DNA from: Terriglobia bacterium
GTDB lineage: Bacteria > Acidobacteriota > Terriglobia > 20CM-2-55-15
Length of the DNA stretch: 64,000 bases
NCBI GenBank assembly: GCA_965218585.1
Contig: CBDCLE010000012.1
Span: 1-64,000 of the forward strand
Direction: 5' to 3'
Positions 54,884 to 64,000 of this stretch are shown piece by piece (positions within the stretch are counted from its first letter, which is position 1; each line of letters opens with the position of its first letter). Below the pieces are notes generated by a model. It had not been told where the DNA came from, did no database searches, and was given only the letters and a program-made list of their open reading frames with translations. The position numbers were made by a program, and so were the translations under genes.

Positions 54884-54998
54884 AACTACCTCAGCGGGGA
54901 CAGCCCACTCACCCTTAGCGGATGTTACGGGACGGACACATCATTCTGCAAATCGGGACCATCGTCTTGCCTGAACACGCCATCCGAACTCCTACAAC

Positions 54999-55733
54999 TC
55001 AATGTAGACTAAAATGCTCGCCTAAATAAACCCTCTTGACCTCGTCGTCACTGCCCAGCTCTTCCGGTGTCCCCGAGCGAAAGATCGTCCCATCATTGAT
55101 GATATAGGCGCGGTCTGTCACCTGCAAAGTCTCGCGAACGTTGTGATCGGTTATGAGGATGCCGATCTGCTTCGTTTTCAGATGCTGGATGATCTTCTGG
55201 ATTTCAAGAACGGTGATCGGGTCGATTCCGGAAAAGGGCTCATCCAACAGTATAAATTTGGGTGAAATGACCAACGACCGGGCAATTTCGACGCGGCGTC
55301 GTTCTCCTCCCGATAAAGTGTCGGCCAGATTCTTTCGGACGTGCCCGATACCGAATTCATCGAGGAGTTCTTCCAGACGATCCCTGCGGTCGTTGCCCGA
55401 CAAGGGAAGCGTCTCCAGTATCGCCATGATATTGGCTTCAACACTCAATTTGCGAAACACCGACGCTTCCTGTGGAAGATAGCTGATGCCGTTGCGGGCG
55501 CGAAGATACATCGGCAGGTCGGTAATGTCGTTTTCCGCCAGGCGGACGGCTCCGGAGTCGGGTTGGGTGAGACCAACGATGATGTAGAAAGTCGTTGTCT
55601 TCCCTGCACCGTTGGGCCCCAGAAGACCGACGACTTCTCCCTGTGTGACGCTGATGTTCACGTCCGATACGACGGCGCGGTTCTTGTACGATTTTCGGAT
55701 GTCAATCGTTTCTAAAACCATTCGCTTGTCCAC
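54999..55733 (-). CDS. lptB: LPS export ABC ATPase
   Basis: [44 protein letters not shown]. Confidence 0.98.
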   Translation of the reverse strand: MDKRMVLETIDIRKSYKNRAVVSDVNISVTQGEVVGLLGPNGAGKTTTFYIIVGLTQPDSGAVRLAENDITDLPMYLRARNGISYLPQEASVFRKLSVEANIMAILETLPLSGNDRRDRLEELLDEFGIGHVRKNLADTLSGGERRRVEIARSLVISPKFILLDEPFSGIDPITVLEIQKIIQHLKTKQIGILITDHNVRETLQVTDRAYIINDGTIFRSGTPEELGSDDEVKRVYLGEHFSLH

Positions 55734-55741
55734 CGCACGTC

Positions 55742-57760
55742 TTAATTGTCCACCGCGCGTCGGCTGACAACGCGGCAGTCAGCTTCGCTCTCTACAGTGG
55801 CGTCTCGGGTTTCGACATCAAGTATGAGCTGGCATCCTCTAACAGTGCCGTTGACTGCATCTGAAACTTCAGCGTCCTTCCCAGTCAGGGTGATCGTCTC
55901 GCTTGAACGGACATAGACGGCCTCATCCCCCCGACCGTCAAATTCAGGTCCCATAACGCTCACATCCCCAGTCGCAACAACCTCGTCGGGCTCCCCATCG
56001 GCCAATGTCACATGCAGGTCGGCCGCGTTCAGTTCGACGTTGTCGGAAATGGCGCGGACGCTGCCCGAGTGGTGAAGTGTTCCGCCTTGTTCATCGAATT
56101 CCATCCGGTCCGACCAGAATCGGAGGTCGTCGACGATGGAAACAACCTCATCGGTCGCTTCGAAATTGCCCCGCCTTGGATCGATCTCGATGGTTGAGGC
56201 ACTGACATGCGTCGTTCCACTCCACAATTCAGCCGTTTCAGAGAACGTTACCTGTGTTTGGTTTCCTTCGGCCCGCCCGCTCAAGACCAGTACCGGCTCG
56301 TCGCCATCTGTCCATAACGTCCCGAACGGCTCCAGCCGCCTCGAACGATTCATTCTGGTCATTGAGAACGATTTGGGAGGCGTCCACCTGAAACCCGGCA
56401 TCGGAAATCCTGGACTCACCCGCCAGCAGGACGCGGCGGCCGCCGTCCTGAATCTCGATACGTTCGGCCGATCCCGTCCGGGCATCCTGCACGAACTGGA
56501 CATTCCCAGTCCTGAACCAGCTGCACCAGACTGCCTGTATCCGGGTCAAATCCAGCTTCCGTTCGGTCGCCGTGCAACGATCCGTTCGGCATCTCGATAG
56601 AGGCTGGACGTTCGGTTCGGAAACTTACGATGTCCGCCTGCTCGACCACAAAATAGCTGCCGTCCAGACGATAGTCACCCATCTCTAATACCGAGTCCTC
56701 GGCGGTCTGAACCGAACCGGACAGTTCGTTGCGAATCCAGTCCGACTCCAGACGTTCTCCACCTTCGAGCCGCATCCGTCCATTGCCCGTTGCTTCAACC
56801 GAGGAAAGGCTCCCCATTCGGTCAAAGCTTGCATCAAGCGTGTCCCCACTCAAGAAACGGGCTGATGCCCCTTCCGAGTACTCCAGAGTCGCCTGACCAT
56901 CTGCATGGGCTTCGACCACCTCGCCCAGCGACATTCCAACGGCCAGTTCATTTGCCATCACGGTGAGAAGGCTTGATGGGTCGGATAACTCCGCGGCTAC
57001 ATCCTGCCGGATCCGAATCTGGCTGGGATCCAGGGTGTCCGGAGTCAATGCTATTTCTGCCTCGATACCGGTCACCGTTCCTTTCGAGTTCGTCATGCGC
57101 AGCCCCTCTGAAATCTGAATCAGGTTAGCGTTCTGATCGTACCGCGCTGTTTCAGTCTCCAGCGTGGCACCGTCTGCCATGACGATCCGAACCGCCCCCC
57201 GAACCTCGAGAACGTTCTCTTCCACCAGGAGGGTCATACGATCCGCCCGGCCCTCAAATTGTCCAGGCCGCGTAATTTCAGTGGCTGACAAGGTCGTGAT
57301 CGTTCGGCTCTCATGGTTGTAGGTCATTGCCGCGGTCCGGCCTGACGTGAGGGGGTCCAATTGCATTTCCACGTCCCCATCACACTGGATATCGACCGTC
57401 TCCTGGTCGTAGCCACACTGGTCACCGTGTATCCGACGTTTCCGGCGTGGAACCGTCCTCGCTAAAGAGGACCACCGTCACATCTTCAAGCAGGTTTCTC
57501 CCGTCGGCGAACCCCAGGTTCGTACGAGCCTCCACGGTAAAAGCCGTCCGCCCACCCTCGGTGCGGGAAAACGTGATCTCTTCGGCCAGTTCCGAAACGT
57601 TTTCAACCAGCTTGGGAGGCGGCGGCAGAACAGCTGTTTCCTGGGTGGGGCGGTTTTGATAGTTCCAGACGAGAACACCGATCAAGGCGAGTACGACGAT
57701 AGGGACAGTCACGCGAAGCACGCGCACCAAGTGGTAGGCGTGGATCCTCTCCAGACGCAT
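55742..57760 (-). CDS. Multi-jellyroll LptC/LptA(OstA)-like protein (~670 aa) split by three single-base insertions
   Basis: N-terminal TM anchor, repeated jellyroll motifs (VATGDV, ATGNG); frames rejoin after removing one base near 57440, 56510 and 56322; directly upstream of lptB. Confidence 0.8.
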
Positions 57761-57797
57761 ACTTAAATCGTATCATGTCCGAAGCAAGAAGGGATTG

Positions 57798-57973
57798 ACC
57801 GCAAAGGCGCAAAGACGCAGAGAATTAAGGAGTGACAAGTCGTCCAGGCTAGGAAGCGATAGACTCTGTGGATTCCTAACAACCGTTTCGCTAACACCGG
57901 AACTACCGGCCAAATCAGACGGGATCTAGTGCTGTATCTTCTTCCTTCGCGACTTCGCGGCTTTGCGGTTAAA
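57798..57973. repeat. Family B palindromic repeat
   Basis: ACCGCAAAGGCGCAAAGACGCAGAG ... CTTCGCGACTTCGCGGCTTTGCGGT. Confidence 0.75.
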
Positions 57974-57981
57974 GATTCCGG

Positions 57982-59738
57982 CTAGTCGTTCCAGATGAAG
58001 ACCTCGAGTTGATCACCCAGTTCCCGTGCTGACGGGGTGAGGATTGTTCGGGCATTAACAATGATCTTGGTGCTGGATCGAGATGCAGACCGGACATCGT
58101 CCTCGCTCACGAACTCTGCAGGAGCAGGGGGGGCTGAAGGCGTGGGTGACTTTGAGGGGCTCCAACTCGTCATAGCTGTTCAACGGAGGCCGAGCTGCCT
58201 CGGGGGTGTTCAACGAAGGCTCAATCTCCGAAGGCTCACCCGAGACTTCCGCCCGGGCGATGGGCGAATTGGGAACCGCGGATGGGGCCTTGCTGTCCAG
58301 CCAACTGTCCACTATGGCGGCAATCTGGTTCCGGCCAACACCGGCAGAATTGGGTTGTGCAGCCGCCTCGACCTTGGGAGCCGCCGATTCCACCTCGCGG
58401 ACTCCGAAAGCGACGCGCTTGAGGTTGATCAGGTGAAGAGGCGATATGTTGTCTGACGTGATGTTTCCGCCGAAGGCACCACAACCGAGAGTCATCGAAG
58501 GAAACAGATTTGTCGTGTAACCGACAGCTCCGAGCGCAGCCGGAGTGTTGACACAGATACGGTAAGCCGGCTTCTGGAGTGCGAACTGCCGAATGACTTC
58601 GTCGTCATTCGAGTGCAAACCCAATGTGTGCCCCAGGCCTCCAAAATTAAGGATATCGATGCACTTCTGGCAGCCCTCCCTCCAATCCTTGACCGTGTAG
58701 AAAGCCAGTACAGGAGAAAGCTTTTCCATCGAAAGCGGGTGGTCACGCCCGACACCACCAGCCATGCCAACCAGGGCCCGCGTTGTGGCAGGAACCTCGA
58801 TGCCTGCCATCTGGGCGATCCTCGGCGCAGATTGTCCTACGATGTTGATATTGAGTGTTCCGCTGGGAGTCTGAATCACGTTCCCGAGACGCGTGGCTTC
58901 GTCTTCGTCACAGACGTATGCACCCTGCCGACCGAGCTCGGCCAGGACCTCATCACGGACGGCCTCGTCAGCGATAAGGGATTGCTCGGAAGAACAGAGC
59001 GTGCCGTTGTCGAAGCACTTTCCGGTCAAAACATGATTCACGGCACGGCCGACATCCGCAGACTGCTCGATATAGGCGGGAACGTTGCCGGGACCCACGC
59101 CAAAGGCAGGCTTGCCTGCGCTATAGGCTGCCCGAACGAGACCCGGTCCGCCGGTTGACAGTATGAGGGACGTTAGGCGGTTCTTCATCAGTTCGTTCGT
59201 GCCTTCCATGGTCGGCGTCTCCATCGAGGACACGACTCCCGGAGGAGCCCCTGCCGCCTCAGCCGCCTCGCGAATGAGACTCACGGTTTCGTTGATTGAC
59301 CGGACAGCGGACAGATGGGGACTGAAGACAATCGCATTACGACCCCTTCAATGCGATCAGCGCCTTGTAGATCGTGGTTGATGTCGGATTCGTGGAGGGA
59401 ATGATGCCGGCAATCACACCAACGGGGCTGGCAACCTCGATAACCCTTTGCTCTTTGTCTTCGTTCACGATTCCAACTGTCTTCAGAGGTCGGATCGCGT
59501 CGTAGACATCGCGCGCGCAAAAGAGGTTCTTTACGGTCTTGTCTTCTACCAGGCCAAAGCCGGTTTCTTCTACGGCAATCTCTGCGAGCGTCCGGGCATT
59601 GGCGATACAGACCTGCGATATCGCCCGGAGGATCGATTCAACCTGCTCTTCGGAGAACTCTTCAAATTGTTTCCAAGCGGCGTGCGCAGCCTCAACGAGC
59701 CGCCGAGCTTCCTGAATGGAATGTAGATCCTTATCCAT
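57982..59738 (-). CDS. Acylating aldehyde dehydrogenase, microcompartment-associated (~584 aa), two frameshifts
   Basis: PSTNPTST, TGGPGLV, GVGPGN, KCFDNGTLCSSEQ, EKLSP, TLGCG; C-terminal extension NQIAAIVDSWL and FVSEDDVR...TPSARE. Confidence 0.9.
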
Positions 59739-59813
59739 AGGTCAGAACGATTGGCTTTCAGTCGTCAACTATCGGCTTTCGGCGGGCGAGATCTGAACAC
59801 TGACAGGCAACAA

Positions 59814-60086
59814 CTAGCTGCTCCCCACCATCCCCTCCACATCCTCATACGGCATGGGAATGACATGGACGGTGACAAGCTCTCCCACCTTCCGGGCAGC
59901 TGCTGCGCCGGCATCTGTGGCGGCCTTCACGGCGCCAATATCTCCCCGGACCCAGACGGCAACATAGCCGTTCAGGGTGTACTCCTTGCCTTCGAGCGAA
60001 ACGTTCGCGGTCTTCAACATGGCATCAGAGGCCTCTACTGCGCCGGTAAACCCAATAGTTTCAATAAAACCGAGTGCTTCTCTCAT
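59814..60086 (-). CDS. Bacterial microcompartment hexameric shell protein (BMC-H)
   Basis: ALGFIET.G...[11 protein letters not shown]...[10 protein letters not shown]...HVIP. Confidence 0.96.
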   Translation of the reverse strand: MREALGFIETIGFTGAVEASDAMLKTANVSLEGKEYTLNGYVAVWVRGDIGAVKAATDAGAAAARKVGELVTVHVIPMPYEDVEGMVGSS

Positions 60087-60255
60087 TGTTCCCGAGGGGA
60101 CAGCCCTTTGATTCCGAGGCTATTAAGAATTCTGTCGCTGGGCGGCCTCGCGGCCGCGGGTACGGTAGCAGAAACAATGAACAAAAGCAATTGACTCCTA
60201 AGTGTCTAATTTATAAGATCCTTCCTATCCTTTGAACCGGAGTCGCCGCTTGAGC

Positions 60256-61062
60256 ATGTCGGGATTCGGAAACAACTTCAAATCGGCCCGCGAGACTAAA
60301 AACCTCACCCTTGAAGAAATTGCGCAAGAAACGCGCATCAGTGCGCGTTTCTTGCGCGCCATCGAAGAAGAAACGTTCGACGTTCTGCCCGGAGGTATTT
60401 TCAATCGCGGCTTTGTTCGAACCTACGCGAGTCACGTCGATATCGACCCCGAACAGGCTGTCTCCGAATACAAGGACCTCACTCAAGAATCCAACCCTGA
60501 GGAATCGGAGTCGACGACGAACACCCCTCTGGAAAACTCAGAGGGCCACCTGTTGCCAATTGCAGTAGGGAGTCTCGTTGTGCTCATCGTCCTGTTTTAC
60601 GTCTTTGCATGGGACACGGGGACGCCCACTGAAGCCGCGGTGCCCCAAACCGCCGAAGCCGAACTCTCCCGAAGAGTAGAAGCAACGCCCATTCCGGATA
60701 CCCCTACAGTCGGGCCCACGCGTTCCAACACGAACCGAGCCACACTTCAAACGAATCGAACCACGAGTCGCAACGAGACCGCAAGCGAGGTGCGTGGCGT
60801 CAACGTACAGATAGAGGTTCACGAAGAGACATGGGTTTCAGTAGAGTCGGACGGAGAAGCAATCGTTGAAGGCGTCGTTCTGGGGGCGGGCACGACCCGT
60901 CGCTACTCAGCCAGAGAAGCACTGGAAATGACGATCGGAAACGCTGCCGGGCTGACTCTGAGCATCAATGGCCGCGAAGTCCCCTCTCTGGGGAGAGACG
61001 GCCAGGTCCGGATCCTCACGATCACTCCCAACCGCATCAACGGCCGCCTGATCGGCAGCTAA
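60256..61062 (+). CDS. rodZ: RodZ-like protein (HTH + TM + DUF4115)
   Basis: LTLEEIAQETRIS...LPGGIFNRGFVRTYA, TM helix, IGNAAG...ING. Confidence 0.85.
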   Translation: MSGFGNNFKSARETKNLTLEEIAQETRISARFLRAIEEETFDVLPGGIFNRGFVRTYASHVDIDPEQAVSEYKDLTQESNPEESESTTNTPLENSEGHLLPIAVGSLVVLIVLFYVFAWDTGTPTEAAVPQTAEAELSRRVEATPIPDTPTVGPTRSNTNRATLQTNRTTSRNETASEVRGVNVQIEVHEETWVSVESDGEAIVEGVVLGAGTTRRYSAREALEMTIGNAAGLTLSINGREVPSLGRDGQVRILTITPNRINGRLIGS

Positions 61063-61094
61063 CACCCTCAGACTGCATCGCCTGACCGCTCTTC

Positions 61095-61180
61095 AACACG
61101 AAGACACGAAGCTAACGAAGGTCTGTTTGTCGGCTTTTGACTTAGACACCTCTTGTTCTTCGTGGACTTCCTGTTAAAAA
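61095..61180. repeat. Family B-like palindromic repeat (CACGAAG variant)
   Basis: AACACGAAGACACGAAG ... CTTCGTGGACTTCCTGTTAAAA. Confidence 0.55.
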
Positions 61181-61213
61181 TCTTTTCCACAGTCTAGGAT
61201 ATACTTTGGGGTT

Positions 61214-64000
61214 ATGGCTAAAGCCCTGAAGCCATCTGAGGAGGAACGGATCGTTGTCCGGGGCGCCCGGGTCCACAACCTCAAGAACATCGATTTCGAA
61301 ATCCCGCTCAGTGCTCTGACCGTTGTGACCGGCGTCAGTGGCTCGGGCAAGTCATCGCTGGCATTCGATACCATCTACGCTGAGGGACAGCGGCGCTATA
61401 TCGAGTCCCTGTCCGCCTACGCCCGCCAGTTCCTCGAGCGGATAGAGAAGCCCGACATCGACGATGCTACCGGCATCGCACCCGCCATCGCGATCCGCCA
61501 GAGAAACACAGCCCGCACGCCGCGTTCTACGGTCGGAACCTCGACTGAAATCTACGACTATGTTCGCCTTCTCTTCGCACGCGTCGGCATCACACGCTGC
61601 AGGCAATGTGGAAAGGTTGTGGAACGCGACACGGTAGATCAGATTTTCAACGCTGTTGCCGGCTGGCCCGAGGGCACCCGCTTCTATGTGCTGTTTCCTA
61701 TCCCCCGTCTGGAATCCGAAAACGAAATCGCTGATTGCCTGGGTGATCTCAAGAGACGGGGTTTTGGAAAGGTGTTACAGGACGGTCAAACCTTCGAATA
61801 CTCCCGTCCCGAATCACTCATCGATGCAGACTTCACTCGTCCGAGTTACGTGCTTGTGGACCGCCTGAAAGTTGCACCCGACATACGGCAGCGACTGGTT
61901 GACTCTATTGAAATCTGTTTTCACGAGAATAACGGTGAAGTCGTCATTCAGGAGGCCGAACCGGAAGATGCAAATTCTGGACAGCATCGATTCAGTGAGC
62001 GTTTCGAGTGCAAGGACTGCAACATTCGCTACGAAGATCCGGAACCGAGGCTTTTCTCCTTCAACAATCCGTTCGGAGCATGCTCCCGCTGTCAGGGATT
62101 CGGTAACACCATCGATCTGGACATGAATCTGGCGGTTCCTGATAAAGGGAAATCGCTGGCCGAAGGCGCAATCGTACCCTGGACCAAGCCCCGGTACCGT
62201 CGATATCTGAACGACCTCAAGAAGGAGGCTCTGGAACGGTCGATCCCGATGGATGTCCCCTTCAGAAAACTCGACAAAACCCATCAATCCTTCGTCACCA
62301 AGAAAATCCGGCATTTTTTCGAATACCTCGAGACGAAGAAATACAAACTCCACGTGCGTGTCTTTCTCAGCCGTTACAGAGGCTACACCGTGTGTCCTGA
62401 TTGTAAAGGCGCGCGACTACGGCAAGAGGCACTCGACATCTTTGTCGGAGACACGAACATCGCTGACGTTTCCCACATGTCCACAGCCGAAGCGTTCGAG
62501 TTTTTCAGTGCTCTCAAACTCACCCCGAGCCAGTCAGAGATCGCTGAGCGCATCCTGTGGGAGATCCAGACGCGACTGCGCTTTCTGAACGATGTCGGCT
62601 TGCAGTACCTGACGCTGGATCGATTGTCGTCTACCCTGTCCGGGGGCGAAGCTCAGCGGATCCAGTTGGCAACGTCTTTGGGCTCGACGCTGGTCGGTGC
62701 ACTCTATGTCCTGGACGAACCTTCTATTGGACTCCACGCACGGGATGGAGAGCGACTGATCGACATCCTGAAACGGCTACGGCAACTGGGAAACACGGTG
62801 CTCGTCGTGGAACATGACCGCAACATGATACGTGCTGCGGATTGGCTCATCGATCTCGGCCCCGGAGCGGGAGAGAACGGCGGGAACCTTGTATTTCAGG
62901 GGCCGCTGACCGAATTGGCGGAGACGCCGGCGTCACTGACCGGAAAGTACCTCAACGGCGAACTCAGGATTCCCCTCCCCCGTCAGAGACGGAAACCCGG
63001 AAAGCACAAGTTGTCTCTGACCGGCGCTTCCAAGCACAATCTAAAGAAAGTCGACGTAGAGATTCCCCTCGGACTCATGACCTCGATCACCGGGGTGTCG
63101 GGCTCCGGTAAATCCACTCTCGTACACGACTGTCTTTATGAATCGTTGCGCGCCCACCTCCAGGGAACCGATCCTGACCGGGGATCTGGAAAAGTGGCGT
63201 TCAACCCGAAATGGCTGACAGACGTAGTCCTTGTGGACCAGAGTCCGATAGGCCGGACACCCCGCTCGAAACCCCGTAACCTACATCAAGGCGTTCGATC
63301 AGGTTCGCGATCTTTTCGCGTCTACCGAGCGATCCCGATCCTGCGGCTATACGGCTGGAAGCTTTTCCTTCAATATCCCAGGAGGACGCTGCGAGACATG
63401 CCAGGGGGACGGGACGGTCACGGTCGAGATGCAGTATCTTGCCGATGTTGAACTGGTCTGCGAAGAATGCAAGGGCCATGCGTTACCGGAGCGGCGTCCT
63501 GGAAGTCCTCTACAAGGGAAAGAACATTTACGAAGTGCTTCAAATGACAGTCCGCGAGGCGATTCGTTTCTTCTCCGGAGCCGGCCGGATCACAAAGAAG
63601 CTGACAATGTTGGATGAGGTTGGGCTCGGTTACCTGCGCCTGGGACAGTCCGCGACGACACTTTCTGGTGGAGAAGCACAGCGAGTGAAGCTAGCATCAT
63701 ATTTAGCGAAAGATACGAGTGCCAAAACGCTGTTTATTTTGACGAACCAACGACGGGTCTGCACTTCGACGATATCAACAAGCTGCTGACCGCCTTCCGC
63801 CGTCTGATTCGTGCCGGAGCCTCAGTGCTGATCATCGAACATAATCTCGACGTCGTTAAGTCGTCGGACTGGATTATCGACCTGGGTCCTGAGGGAGGAG
63901 ACGGCGGAGGCAAGGTCGTTGCCCTCGGAACACCGGAGCAGATAGCCCAGTCGCGCCGGTCGGCGACAGGTCGGTTTCTGAAACCCCTGCTGAAGGCATA
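61214..64000 (+). CDS. uvrA: Excinuclease ABC subunit A, three frameshifts near the 3' end, stop at or beyond the window edge
   Basis: [26 protein letters not shown], second [19 protein letters not shown]; indels near 63269, 63476 and 63739. Confidence 0.97.

Noticed and set aside
63260-63760. Programmed frameshifting in uvrA
   Set aside because: Three separate indels without slippery/stimulator features, inside an error-rich zone

Overview
Bacterial chromosomal window, roughly 55-60% GC by eye. Gene content and order (yicC-gmk-rpoZ-coaBC-UDG-priA; lpt-rpoN-hpf-rapZ-PTS; FPHFADG..WTTQ repeat protein) suggest Acidobacteriota, which is an inference. The left third (1-21 kb) is accessory: secreted enzymes, three IS elements or remnants (IS3, IS701, IS5) whose disrupted targets can be reconstructed or recognised, and a secreted rhodanese whose catalytic residue is an in-frame UGA followed by a SECIS-like hairpin (probable selenoprotein, cut short in the ORF track). 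The middle holds metK, a five-gene alternative complex III/Qrc-like respiratory operon, an ArsR-methyltransferase (SahR-like) plus ahcY unit that shares a palindromic operator with metK, an RpoD paralogue preceded by a long structured non-coding region, and an intact IS1380. The right half is mostly core genes (lpdA, alkA, priA, coaBC, rpoZ, gmk, msbA, PTS, rapZ, hpf with an in-frame UGA, rpoN, lptB, lptC/A), a two-gene microcompartment satellite locus, rodZ and uvrA. At least four families of short palindromic/REP-like repeats fill intergenic gaps. Single-base frameshifts cluster at 56-64 kb and look like assembly errors. No CRISPR array, rRNA or tRNA was recognised.
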